DNA of 64,000 nt from Candidatus Poribacteria bacterium (GTDB lineage Bacteria > Poribacteria > WGA-4E > WGA-3G), in assembly GCA_963663765.2 (NCBI GenBank), contig CAXXUA010000003.1, positions 448,001-512,000 on the forward strand. Direction: 5' to 3'. Below the pieces are notes generated by a model. That model did no database searches. It saw only the letters and a program-made list of their open reading frames with translations, and had not been told where the DNA came from. Below, piece after piece: positions 41,823-56,371 of this stretch. A program made the position numbers and the translations under genes. Within the stretch, counting starts at the first letter, position 1, and every line of letters begins with the position of its first letter.

Positions 41823-43112
41823 ATGATTCAGACACAAAAAATTAAACATCTACCAATAGATATTATTGACGGTGACCGATCTCACAGGTACCCTAAAAGA
41901 AGTGAATTTCAAAATGAAGGTATCCTTTTTCTCAACACCACGAATATTGTGCAAAATAGAATAGATATTACCGAAGCAAATTATGTTTCACAAGAGAAAT
42001 TCTATGAAATGAAAAAGGGACGACTTCAACAATTTGATATTGTTCTCACGACTCGAGGAAGCGTTGGGAAAGTTGCATTATTTAATTGTAATCCTCCTAT
42101 AGGTTTAATCAACGCTCAAATGTTGATTTTACGAACTGATGGGAATATAATTGATTCAAAATTTTTATTTTACCAGATGTGTAGTAATGATTTTCAGATA
42201 AAACTCAAAAACTTTGCTTCTGGTGCAGCACAACCTCAAATTCCAATTATTGATCTAAAAGAAATTGAAATTGGGGTGCCACCACGCCCAACCCAACGCA
42301 AAATCGCCGCCATTCTCAGCACCTACGACAACCTCATAGAAAACAACACCCGCCGCATCAAAATCCTTGAAGACATGGCACAAACCCTCTACCGAGAATG
42401 GTTCGTCCACTACCGATTTCCCGGACATGAAAACGTGCCAATGATAGAATCAGAGTTGGGACCGATACCGCTCGGGTGGGAGGTTAAGCAGCTTGGTGAG
42501 GTTGCCCAACTGCATAGAGGGAAATCTTATAGAAGTAAAAATCTCGTTAATGAAGGTGAAGGTTTACCATTTCTAAGTCTAAAAAATATTGCTCGAGATG
42601 GTGGATTTAGGAATGACAGTTTGAAGTGGTATGATGGCGAATTCAAAGACACACAAGTTGCTACCTCAAATGATATTGTCATGGCACTTACGGATATGAC
42701 ACAAGAACGGAAGGTTGTTGCACGTTCTGCTCGTGTCCCGGATTTTGGACATGAAAAGTATGTTTTTTCTATGGATTTGCTTAAAATTGTACCTTATAAA
42801 ACAATTCAAGCAGATTTTTTGTACGCTTTACTCAGATATTCAATTTTTCCCAAAATACTTAAGGAATATGCAAACGGTACAACTGTCTTACACTTGAGTC
42901 CTGATCATGTCCAATCATGTAAGTTAGTGTTGGCTCCCCATGAATTTAGACAAAAGTATGCTGAAATTGCAAAGTCAGTCCGTCAACAAAACGATTTTCT
43001 TCAAAAGAAAAACACCGCCCTCCGCCAAACCCGCGACCTCCTCCTCCCCAAACTCATCTCTGGCGAAATAGACGTATCCCAACTTGATATTGACACACCA
43101 CACCAAAACTAA
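41823..43112 (+). CDS. hsdS: Type I RM specificity subunit
   Basis: Two TRDs, [18 protein letters not shown]...LYREWFV and RDLLLPKLISGEIDV. Confidence 0.95.
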   Translation: MIQTQKIKHLPIDIIDGDRSHRYPKRSEFQNEGILFLNTTNIVQNRIDITEANYVSQEKFYEMKKGRLQQFDIVLTTRGSVGKVALFNCNPPIGLINAQMLILRTDGNIIDSKFLFYQMCSNDFQIKLKNFASGAAQPQIPIIDLKEIEIGVPPRPTQRKIAAILSTYDNLIENNTRRIKILEDMAQTLYREWFVHYRFPGHENVPMIESELGPIPLGWEVKQLGEVAQLHRGKSYRSKNLVNEGEGLPFLSLKNIARDGGFRNDSLKWYDGEFKDTQVATSNDIVMALTDMTQERKVVARSARVPDFGHEKYVFSMDLLKIVPYKTIQADFLYALLRYSIFPKILKEYANGTTVLHLSPDHVQSCKLVLAPHEFRQKYAEIAKSVRQQNDFLQKKNTALRQTRDLLLPKLISGEIDVSQLDIDTPHQN

Positions 43113-43118
43113 AAGCAA

Positions 43119-43148
43119 TTGACAAGTATAAACTTGAAGATGTATAAT
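43119..43148 (+). promoter_or_regulatory. Consensus sigma70 promoter
   Basis: TTGACA-18-TATAAT. Confidence 0.75.
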
Positions 43149-43176
43149 ATCAACAAGTCGATTTAGGAGGAAACAA

Positions 43177-43380
43177 ATGCTCAAAATCAAACCGCAATAT
43201 CTTGTAAATAACAAAGGCGAAAAAACCGCCGCGCTCCTGCCAATCAAAGAATTCCAACTGCTCATGCAGCGGCTTGAAGACTTAGAAGATACTTTAGAGA
43301 TGGACGCTGCGGTCGAAACCGAAACAGAGTTCCGCGACTATCAAGACATTCGATCAGAGCTAATGCGTGAATCAACATGA
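43177..43380 (+). CDS. Small Phd/RelB-like antitoxin
   Basis: QYLVNNKGEKTAALLPIKEF...LEDLED. RBS aggagg. Confidence 0.65.
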   Translation: MLKIKPQYLVNNKGEKTAALLPIKEFQLLMQRLEDLEDTLEMDAAVETETEFRDYQDIRSELMREST

Positions 43381-43751
43381 GAACCGATGGGAGATATATT
43401 ATAGAAAAGGAGGATCCCCTGAAACTTGAAAATATGTTTGAATTCATCAACCCAACAGCGATTCGGATAAAAGGAACACGCGTTGGGATTGAAATTGTCA
43501 TTGAGCAATTTCTTGCAGGAGCAGACCCAAGGGAAATTCAGCGACTTTATCCGAATCTAACGTTAGAGCAGATTTATGTAACGATTACCTATTATCTGTT
43601 GAATAAAAAGAAAATTGATGTCTATATTGCAGAGGGGATCAAACAAGCAGAGGCTGCTTATGCGGAGCAGCTAAAAAACCCGTCTCCTGGAGTCGAACGT
43701 CTCATGAAAATTAAAGCGGAACTTAAAGCACAAGGATATTATTCTGTGTAA
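43377..43751 (+). CDS. DUF433 protein (antitoxin-like)
   Basis: IRIKGTRVGIE...G...EI...YPNLTLEQIY. Confidence 0.85.
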   Translation: MRTDGRYIIEKEDPLKLENMFEFINPTAIRIKGTRVGIEIVIEQFLAGADPREIQRLYPNLTLEQIYVTITYYLLNKKKIDVYIAEGIKQAEAAYAEQLKNPSPGVERLMKIKAELKAQGYYSV

Positions 43752-43759
43752 TAATGGAT

Positions 43760-43881
43760 CAGGACTTAGGCAGTTTTCATGATTTAATCAAGAATTGTGA
43801 TGAAAATGATGTAATTTTCAACATTATTTGTGCTTCCAGCGCGCTTACAAAGCACGCCTACCGTTGGGTGCGTAAGTCCTG
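43760..43881. mobile_element. IS701-end MITE, 'empty' 122-bp form
   Basis: TSD tggat. Lacks hairpin inserts. Confidence 0.9.
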
Positions 43882-43891
43882 TGGATAAACC

Positions 43892-46800
43892 ATGCAAAAC
43901 CCCTACAGTGAAAACCTACTCGTTGAACAACCTGCAATTGTGATCCTTGAAAATATGGGATGGCATACACAAAATTGTATTAATGAATTCGGATACGGAA
44001 ACCAAATTTCTACAGGTAGAGTAACGAAATCTGAAGTTGTACTAACTGAAAGACTACGTGCAGCATTAGAACGACTCAACCGGATTGCTCCTCATGATGC
44101 AATTGATGATGCAATTGAGAAATTAACTCAATCCCGTGCTCTCATGAACACAGTTGAAGCGAATCGGGAAATCTACTCCCTTTTAAAAGACGGTGTGCCT
44201 GTAACAATTTCCGATCCGAAGACACAAGAAGAATCTGCTTTACTCCTTCAAGTAATTGATTGGGAAAATCCGAAGAATAACGACTTCTTCGCGGCATCAC
44301 AATTCTGGATCACAGGTGAAATGTACACCAGACGACCAGACCTTGTAGGTTTTGTTAACGGTATTCCGTTAGTCCTTATGGAGTTTAAACGGATTGACGA
44401 AAATATCTTCTCCGCTTATGACGACAACCTCCGAGACAACAAAGACACTATTCCCCATCTTTTTTGGTATAACGTCTTGATTATCGTATCCAATGGTTCA
44501 GAGAGCCGCGTCGGGAGTATTACCTCCGAATGGGAACACTTTTCCGATTGGAAACGGATTGACAGTGAAGATGAGCAAAAGAGAGTATCCTTAGAAATAC
44601 TGCTGCGTGGTGTCTGCGAACCAGCAAGATTATTGGATATTGTTGAAAACTTTGCGCTATTTATGGAGACACAAGGCGGGACAATTAAACTAATAGCAAA
44701 GAATCACCAATACTTAGGCGTAAACAACACAATTAAGGCACTGCAGAAAAAGGAATCAAATGATGGCAAACTCGGTGTATTCTGGCATACACAAGGAAGT
44801 GGCAAAAGTGTCTCAATGATCTTTTTTGCGCAGAAAATCCTCAGACGAATCCCAGGGCATTGGACCTTCGTTATCGTAACAGACCGTAAAGAATTGGACA
44901 CCCAGATATACAAAACCTTCGCATGTGCAAGTGGTGTGCTTACACAACAAGAAGTGCATGCGGAAAACATAGCACATCTTCGTCAACTGCTCAGGCAAGA
45001 CCACCGCTATATTTTTACACTTATTCAAAAATTTCAGACACAAGATAACGAACCCCATCCTATTCTCTCTGAGCGGTCAGACATTATTGTCATTAATGAT
45101 GAAGCACACCGTAGTCAATACGACACATTGGCATTGAATATGCGTACCGCGCTCCCGAATGCTGCATATATTGCGTTTACAGGAACACCGCTAATGGCAG
45201 GCGAAGAAAGGACACGTGAAGTTTTTGGGGACTACGTGTCAGTATACGATTTTAGACAATCTATAGAGGATAGGGCAACCGTACCACTCTATTATGAAAA
45301 CCGCGTTCCCAAACTACAATTGACAAATGACCAATTAAACACCGACCTTGAACAGATTCTTGAACAAGTAGATTTGGATGAGGACCAACAAGAAAAAATT
45401 GAACGTGAATTTTCACGAGAATACCATCTCATCACTCGTGAAGAACGCTTAGAGGTTATCGCAGAAGATATTGTCTCACATTTCATCGGCAGAGGTTATC
45501 GGGGAAAAGCAATGGTCATTTCTATTGATAAACCTACTGCAGTTAAAATGTACGACAAAGTCAAGAAATACTGGCAACAAAAACTCACATCGCTAAAATC
45601 AGAACTAAATAGTGATATTCCAAGAGACAGAGAAAAACCACTTGCTGCGCTAATTCAGTATATGGAAGAAACCGATATGGCAGTTGTTGTCTCTACTTCA
45701 CAAAATGAAATTGATGATCTCAGAAATAGAGGCGTGGACATCAGACCCCATAGACAACGTATGACCACGGAAGACTTGGAAACAAAATTCAAGAACTCAG
45801 ATGACCCATTTCGTATTGTTTTCCTCTGTGCAATGTGGACAACAGGTTTTGATGTCCCTTCATGTTCTACAATTTATCTCGACAAACCGCAACGTAACCA
45901 TACATTGATGCAGACAATCGCAAGAGCCAATCGTGTGTTTAAAGATAAAGTCAACGGTTTAATTGTTGATTACATCGGCATTTTACGGAACCTTGAGAGG
46001 GCACTTGCTATTTATGCTACTGGTTCTAACGGAGAAGGTAAAAGTCCGATTGCCGATAAGTCAGAACTTATTGCGGTTCTCATAGAAGCAATTGCAAATA
46101 TTGTTGAATTTTGTAGGAATCTTGGAATTGACTTGCCAAGGATTCAAGAAGTTGAGAGTCTTCAAAAAATCCAATTAATTGACAAGACTGTCAACCTCAT
46201 TTTAGTAAACGACGAAACGAAAAAGGACTACCTTGAACAAGCAAGCACAGTCTATAAATTATTCAAAGCAATCTTACCAGATACAGCAGCGAACGAGTTC
46301 AGCGGAATGTGTTCACTTGTAAACATCATTGCAAGCAAGATAAAAAGTCTTCGTGGACCAGTTGACATCTCCGAAGTTGAAGATGCTGTAGAAGAACTAT
46401 TGGATCGCTCAATTGCACCTGAAGGATATATCATTAACTCAGGAGAAAACTACTTTGATTCAGAACTTATTGACTTAAACCAAATTGACTTTGAACAACT
46501 TGCAGAGAAATTCAACACTGAACACAAACGTACAGAAGCTGAAAAATTAAAAGGTGTAATAAATAGAAAAATCAAAGAGATGGTTCAACTTAACAGCACC
46601 CGCATTGATCTGCAAGAAAAATTTGAACAGATGATTGAGGAATACAACGCTGGTCATATAAGCGATGACCGACTTCTTGAAGAAATTCTTGATTTTCTGC
46701 AAGAACTTGGTGAAGAGGAACAACGTGCCGATTCCGAAGATCTATCTGAAGAAGAATTAGCGGTCTATGATATTCTCACTAAACCAGAACCCCGCTTGAC

Positions 46801-47065
46801 TGTACCGCAGCGAGAAGAAGTGAAATCTACTGTGAAAGACTTACTTAATTCTCTCAAACATGATAATCTGGTATTAGATTGGCGTAAACAAGAACAATTG
46901 AGAGCACAAACTAAAGAAGCAATTGGAACAAAACTTGATGATGGATTACCAGAATGTTACACACCCCAGTTGTTCAATCAGAAATCAGAGGCAGTTTTTC
47001 AACACATTTACGACGCTTACTATGGAGAAGGAAAGAGCATATATACCGAAACCTTAAATTCTTAG
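43892..47065 (+). CDS. hsdR: Type I RM endonuclease subunit
   Basis: PD...EFK, HTQGSGKS, DEAH, TGFDVP and QTIARANR motifs. Confidence 0.95.
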   Translation: MQNPYSENLLVEQPAIVILENMGWHTQNCINEFGYGNQISTGRVTKSEVVLTERLRAALERLNRIAPHDAIDDAIEKLTQSRALMNTVEANREIYSLLKDGVPVTISDPKTQEESALLLQVIDWENPKNNDFFAASQFWITGEMYTRRPDLVGFVNGIPLVLMEFKRIDENIFSAYDDNLRDNKDTIPHLFWYNVLIIVSNGSESRVGSITSEWEHFSDWKRIDSEDEQKRVSLEILLRGVCEPARLLDIVENFALFMETQGGTIKLIAKNHQYLGVNNTIKALQKKESNDGKLGVFWHTQGSGKSVSMIFFAQKILRRIPGHWTFVIVTDRKELDTQIYKTFACASGVLTQQEVHAENIAHLRQLLRQDHRYIFTLIQKFQTQDNEPHPILSERSDIIVINDEAHRSQYDTLALNMRTALPNAAYIAFTGTPLMAGEERTREVFGDYVSVYDFRQSIEDRATVPLYYENRVPKLQLTNDQLNTDLEQILEQVDLDEDQQEKIEREFSREYHLITREERLEVIAEDIVSHFIGRGYRGKAMVISIDKPTAVKMYDKVKKYWQQKLTSLKSELNSDIPRDREKPLAALIQYMEETDMAVVVSTSQNEIDDLRNRGVDIRPHRQRMTTEDLETKFKNSDDPFRIVFLCAMWTTGFDVPSCSTIYLDKPQRNHTLMQTIARANRVFKDKVNGLIVDYIGILRNLERALAIYATGSNGEGKSPIADKSELIAVLIEAIANIVEFCRNLGIDLPRIQEVESLQKIQLIDKTVNLILVNDETKKDYLEQASTVYKLFKAILPDTAANEFSGMCSLVNIIASKIKSLRGPVDISEVEDAVEELLDRSIAPEGYIINSGENYFDSELIDLNQIDFEQLAEKFNTEHKRTEAEKLKGVINRKIKEMVQLNSTRIDLQEKFEQMIEEYNAGHISDDRLLEEILDFLQELGEEEQRADSEDLSEEELAVYDILTKPEPRLTVPQREEVKSTVKDLLNSLKHDNLVLDWRKQEQLRAQTKEAIGTKLDDGLPECYTPQLFNQKSEAVFQHIYDAYYGEGKSIYTETLNS

Positions 47066-47136
47066 ATATAGAGTTAAGGTGAAAGACATTCTCACTCTAT
47101 AATATGACCTAAGTTGCTACCAATGTAGTACAATCT

Positions 47137-48227
47137 CAGGACTTACGCAGTCTCAAAGATTATCGATGGATTTGAGAGTTGATATCGCATATAATCATCC
47201 AATAAACTTTGTTTAAGTTCATAAATTGTTTTGCCAAGTTTACGCGCAACACGTTTCAAACAGACCCATATTTGAAAACAACAGGCAATATGATTTCTTT
47301 GGGCACGCAACTTGCGACATTGACATTTGCCAATACCCGTGACTTGTTTGATCTCACGATGGAGTTGTTCAATCTTCCAACGTATACGACATTCTTGGTG
47401 TGCCGCATCCGCATCCGATTGAGATAAATCGTTTGTCACAATATATTCCGTGCGCCCGGTAGAGGAGGCTATCCGGAACAACTTTACTTGATACCCTTTT
47501 GGAAACTTCTTGATGTGCACGCTTTTCCCTTGCCGGATTTCTGTCCGGGTCCAAGATAGGTCTTGGACTTGTTGGTGCGGTTGCTCGCCATCCGTATCGT
47601 TTACAAGACGATTTCGTTTCAGGGGCACGTAGTAAATCTTAGAAAGTTTTTCAATCGCTTTCATAACTTGCATGGAGGCATACCAAGTATCCATTAGCAC
47701 CGTCCGAAACGGTAACTGTTTTTTAGAGTACGCGTTGTGCAACATTTCCAGTAAATGGTCTATTTTGGTTTTACCATCATGATCTATGTCATAAATACGG
47801 TAATCAATAATCCAATACTCTTCTGTCTTTGGATTGACATAGATACACGTCACAATACCAATGCCTTTAACGACTTTTTTGTCGCTACCACTCCACTGAG
47901 AACGGAGGACCTCAATCTCTTTCGCATAGAGTTTAGGTAGCACAACATCGTCAAAAACAATGTAGCCATCATCATCAAACTCAATGTCGTTTTTGACCGA
48001 GTTCCAAAGTTCATTCGCGGGGATGTTTTCACCGCTCAGAAACCGATTGATTTGATCGTGGCTCCACTTATCAGTATGGTCTGCCATATAGGTTTGTGTA
48101 AAGTTTGTAAAACTTGATAACAAAAATTGACAATAATCTGAATATAAACTTTGTTTCTTTTCGGAAAGTGTAAATGTAATCATAATGGAATAGTATAGCA
48201 CAAATCTATTATAGTGCGTAAGTCCTG
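47137..48227 (-). mobile_element. Complete IS701-family IS
   Basis: 13-bp TIR caggacttacgca. 5-bp TSD aatct. Confidence 0.92.
47143..48183 (-). CDS. IS701-family DDE transposase
   Basis: SHDQINRFL, FDD, MDTWY and RWKIEQLHREIKQ motifs. Confidence 0.9.
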   Translation of the reverse strand: MITFTLSEKKQSLYSDYCQFLLSSFTNFTQTYMADHTDKWSHDQINRFLSGENIPANELWNSVKNDIEFDDDGYIVFDDVVLPKLYAKEIEVLRSQWSGSDKKVVKGIGIVTCIYVNPKTEEYWIIDYRIYDIDHDGKTKIDHLLEMLHNAYSKKQLPFRTVLMDTWYASMQVMKAIEKLSKIYYVPLKRNRLVNDTDGEQPHQQVQDLSWTRTEIRQGKSVHIKKFPKGYQVKLFRIASSTGRTEYIVTNDLSQSDADAAHQECRIRWKIEQLHREIKQVTGIGKCQCRKLRAQRNHIACCFQIWVCLKRVARKLGKTIYELKQSLLDDYMRYQLSNPSIIFETA

Positions 48228-48248
48228 AATCTGTTAGATTGTGCATCA

Positions 48249-48440
48249 GAGAACACAAACTGAAAGTTTGTGCTACAAATACTACCGAGAACACAAACTG
48301 AAAGTTTGTGCTACAAATACTACCGAGAACACAAACTGAAAGTTTGTGCTACAAATACTACTGAGAACACAAACTGAAAGTTTGTGCTACAAATACTACT
48401 GAGAACACAAACTGAAAGTTTGTGCTACAAATACTACCGA
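48249..48440. repeat. 5 x 38-bp tandem REP repeat (cacaaactgaaagtttgtgctac)
   Basis: Units at 48249, 48287, 48325, 48363 and 48401. Single copies near 30309 and 61489. Confidence 0.95.
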
Positions 48441-48531
48441 AAAGAGGATTATACTCTATAAAAAAGGTGCTTATTTGTCTAAACCTTATAGGTAGCAACT
48501 TGCGTTAATATAAGCGAAGAAAGGTAAACAG

Positions 48532-49467
48532 ATGGACGTATTATCGCTGGGTATCTATGTCCTAGACGTACTCGGAAAACCGATCGACCATTTTCCCGAA
48601 AAAGGAAAATTAGCACTGTTCGATCAATTAGAAATCCATACAGGTGGTTGTGCAAACAACACCGCCATCGTGTTGTCACGACTTGGTGTTTCTGTGGGGG
48701 CAATGGGTAAAATCGGCAACGACCACTTTGGCGACTTAGTCCTGCAATCTCTTACCGAAAACCGGGTTGACACCATGGGTATACAACGGGATACAAAGGT
48801 CAACACATCCTTTACATTTGTTGCTATTGCGTCTGATGGAGAACGAAGTTTCTGCCATTACATTGGCGCAAACGGTGAACTTTGCGAAACTGATCTGAAT
48901 TGGGACATAATTAAAAACACTAAAATACTACACATTGCAGGTGCACTCGTCATGCCGAAATTTGATGGACAGCCGATGGCGAATGTTCTTAAAAAAGCAA
49001 AAACACTTGGTATAACAACATCACTTGACACTGCATGGGACGCAACAGGAAAATGGTTAGAAACACTGGAACCGTGTCTACCGTATGTTGACATTATTCT
49101 GCCGAATTTGTCTGAAGCAGAACATATTACATGCACAACCGAACTAACTGAAATCACCAAATTCTTTAAAGATTACGGTATCAAAACCGTTGGAATTAAG
49201 ATGGGTGAACATGGCAGCTACGTTTCAACTCATGAAGAGGAACTGTATATCCCCGCTTATCCTGTTAATGTTGTGGATGCTACAGGTGCTGGAGATGCGT
49301 ATGTAGCAGGTTTTCTTGCTGGATTGGTGAAAGGTCAGGATCTCAAAGCAACAGCAGAATTAGCTTCAGCCACTGGAGCCGCATGCGTAACTGCTATCGG
49401 AACTACCACAGGCATCAAAAACATTGAGGAAACTATGAAAATTTGTGAAAGTGGCACAACTTCATGA
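48532..49467 (+). CDS. PfkB-family carbohydrate kinase
   Basis: GGCANNTA and DATGAGDAY motifs. Confidence 0.93.
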   Translation: MDVLSLGIYVLDVLGKPIDHFPEKGKLALFDQLEIHTGGCANNTAIVLSRLGVSVGAMGKIGNDHFGDLVLQSLTENRVDTMGIQRDTKVNTSFTFVAIASDGERSFCHYIGANGELCETDLNWDIIKNTKILHIAGALVMPKFDGQPMANVLKKAKTLGITTSLDTAWDATGKWLETLEPCLPYVDIILPNLSEAEHITCTTELTEITKFFKDYGIKTVGIKMGEHGSYVSTHEEELYIPAYPVNVVDATGAGDAYVAGFLAGLVKGQDLKATAELASATGAACVTAIGTTTGIKNIEETMKICESGTTS

Positions 49468-49489
49468 TGGTGGAAAAGGAACACACACT

Positions 49490-50419
49490 ATGAATGAATC
49501 TGCAATCGTTCAAACAGAAAACTTATCCAAATGGTACGGAGAAGTGATGGGAGTGAACGATGTTACCTTGAAGATTCGCCCTGGCATAACCGGTTTACTC
49601 GGTCCTAACGGTGCAGGTAAAACAACCTTACTCAAACTGATGACAGGTCAACTTAAACCCAATCAAGGCACCATTACCATCCTAAATGAACCGGTTTGGA
49701 ACAACTTTCTACTTACAAATAAGTTTGGTTACTGCCCGGATATTGAATTAGCCTACCAATTTATGAGCGGTTTTGAGTTCATCACTTTTTTTGCAACGTT
49801 GAGCGGATATGAAAAAACTGAAGGAGAAACACAGAGCCTGAAAGCACTTGAAACAGTGGATATGATTGCTGCTAAAGACAAACCGATTGCTTCCTACAGT
49901 AAAGGTATGCGACAGCGGATTAAACTCGCACAAGCCCTTGTGCATGAACCCGAACTCCTTTTCCTTGACGAACCCCTTACCGGACTAGACCCTATCGGCA
50001 GACGACATATCATGAATCTACTCTCAAAACTTTCGCAGCAAGGAATCAGCATGATTGTTTCAAGCCACATCCTATATGAAATTGAAGCGGTTACAGAAAC
50101 TATCCTACTTATCCATCAAGGTCGGATTCTTGCTGAAGGTACTATCTCCGACATCCGTGAACTGATTGACGAACACCCACATAAGGTCTTCCTAAATGCA
50201 GATGAACCGCGCCGTTTAGCACAAATATGTCTACCGTATGATGACATTCTCAGCGTCACCTTCGGTGATGAAGCAGGTGATGTTATCATTGAAACGGCGA
50301 AACCGGACGCTTTTTATGCGCGACTTCCGCAAATTCTCATTGAAAACAAATTGAACCTCTCCCAACTCTACTCACCTGACGACAATCTATCTGCAGTGTT
50401 TAAGTATTTAGTTGGGTAG
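49490..50419 (+). CDS. ABC-2 type ATP-binding protein
   Basis: GPNGAGKTT, YSKGMRQR and DEP motifs. Confidence 0.92.
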   Translation: MNESAIVQTENLSKWYGEVMGVNDVTLKIRPGITGLLGPNGAGKTTLLKLMTGQLKPNQGTITILNEPVWNNFLLTNKFGYCPDIELAYQFMSGFEFITFFATLSGYEKTEGETQSLKALETVDMIAAKDKPIASYSKGMRQRIKLAQALVHEPELLFLDEPLTGLDPIGRRHIMNLLSKLSQQGISMIVSSHILYEIEAVTETILLIHQGRILAEGTISDIRELIDEHPHKVFLNADEPRRLAQICLPYDDILSVTFGDEAGDVIIETAKPDAFYARLPQILIENKLNLSQLYSPDDNLSAVFKYLVG

Positions 50420-50558
50420 TATAGTGAAATATACAATGAAGTTTACACTATCAGGTGTAAGGAGCGATCTCCGAATCGCGACTGAACGCCTTGATAGTCG
50501 GGAATCGGAGTTCCCTCCTACACCTGAAAGTGTAAAAATAATTCTAAAATCAACTATA
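50420..50558. mobile_element. tatagtgaaat-end MITE with a REP doublet
   Basis: Contains ggagcgatctccgaatcgcgac and gtcgggaatcggagttccctcctac, the same REPs as the 162-bp array. Confidence 0.6.
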
Positions 50559-50636
50559 TTATTCCATCTCCAGAGTATTTACAGATTTCTTCAGAATTCG
50601 GTAACCATTTCACCTATAACCCGCGTCATTATATAT

Positions 50637-50862
50637 AGGACTTACGCAGTTTTCATGAATTAATCAAGAATTGCGATGAAAATGATGTAATTTTCAGCGT
50701 TTTTTTCAGTTTCCAGCGCCAAATCAAGAAATCAACGGTATGAATGCCTTTTGGCATTCCCCCAAATCAACGCCGAATGCGCCTATGGCATTCGTTGGGT
50801 ATGAATACCTTTTGGCATTCCCCGCCTACAAAGCGCGCCTACCGTTGGATGCGTAAGTCCTG
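50637..50862. mobile_element. IS701-end MITE with mini-element inserts
   Basis: aggacttacgca...gcgtaagtcctg, flanked by tatat. Confidence 0.85.
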
Positions 50863-50909
50863 TATATTGAAACAACTTGAACTAATTTGTCACTTTCTTG
50901 AGGTGTCCG

Positions 50910-55059
<4,150 letters not shown>

Positions 55060-55081
55060 TCAAGAGTAAAGACCAATACAT

Positions 55082-55413
55082 CAGGGTTATTCAGTTTTCA
55101 ATTTATTAAGTAAATTCTATCACAGTCGTTAATCCTTGAGTTAGTTTTTTGGTGGAGTTAACTCATTCTTTGTCTGAACCAGGATTTTCAGGATTACCAG
55201 ATTTTCAGGATTTACCTCGTCAAGGGTTTTTGATAAGTGTTTATGCCCTCTTTTGGAATAGGATCTGATGAGAAAATCTTGATAATCTACTAATCCTGAA
55301 AATCCTGGTTCAGACAGTAAACAAAAATACCATGAAAAATCAATATATATTTCACTAATCTTAACCCAAAGTTAACTGGCATAACGATAGATTCTTAAAA
55401 CTGAATAACCCTG
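55082..55413. mobile_element. ISAs1-end MITE, inverted copy of 23495-23825
   Basis: Arms are reverse complements of the arms of the 23495 copy. Confidence 0.8.
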
Positions 55414-56072
55414 CAAATTAAAGAACACAAAGCATCTGACAAGTACAAAACATAATAAAATTACTATAGTTTGGACAATTTCCAGACATGAGTTGAAAAG
55501 AAATTTATTCACTGCTTATGTTACCAAATCAATACACAACAAACAAAACGCAAACCCTCTTTGCTCCATTGGAGCAATATGTTTATAGTCATATTGTCAA
55601 CCGACATCTTCACTCCAGCGGAGCGGTATGTGATTTCCAACACACAGCACTCCGCTGGAGTGCTGTGTGTTCTCCAGTTTCATAATATACGAAACTCGTA
55701 GCAAAATAGACGTTCTATTGAATACTCAACCTCTACAAACTGAGAATTGTCCAAACAATAGTAAAATTATACTAGAAAAAACGATAAAAAACCCATTTAG
55801 TTGTTTTTTCAACGCAATAAGTAGTTTTGGACATATAAAAAACTCTTAGAAAATGCTATAAACATAGATATAGACTACATTTATAGCATATTTTATCTTG
55901 AAATAAATGTCTAATTTTTTAGTATAATATTAGAAGTGAAATTGGCAGGCGGTCACCTCCCAAAAAATCAAAAAAGCAATCGGAGTTGCGATGTCTGAAT
56001 TGTGATCTTTAGGTATGATACAAAACTTATCAGAAAAATGCAACTCCTTTGATATATACAAAGGAGTTTTTC

Positions 56073-56128
56073 ATGAATCTTATTGAAGTCATGGAACAGT
56101 TTCCAGATCAAGAATCATGTATTACACA
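56073..56128 (+). pseudogene. IS1595-like transposase N-terminal stub
   Basis: RBS aaggag followed by MNLIEVMEQFPDQESCIT. Confidence 0.55.
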
Positions 56129-56371
56129 AGCGACTTCGTTGGCATGATAGGCTTTGTAAGGTTTGTTACTGAGATATTATATGCAATGCGTATTGTTTCG
56201 GGCAGTGCGGTTGTGGTGTCATCATCATTTTTGTATAAGGTAAAACTGATGAGAATGACAGCGGTGATCCCGCATGTCATGATGACGACATTTCGGATTT
56301 GTCTAAGACTCATGTGTTGGTTCATATAGCGTCTATGGGTGAATGCGTTAGTTTGCGATGCCAACGATTGT

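Noticed and set aside
48249-48440. CRISPR array (38-bp palindromic repeat)
   Set aside because: Repeats are head-to-tail with no spacers.
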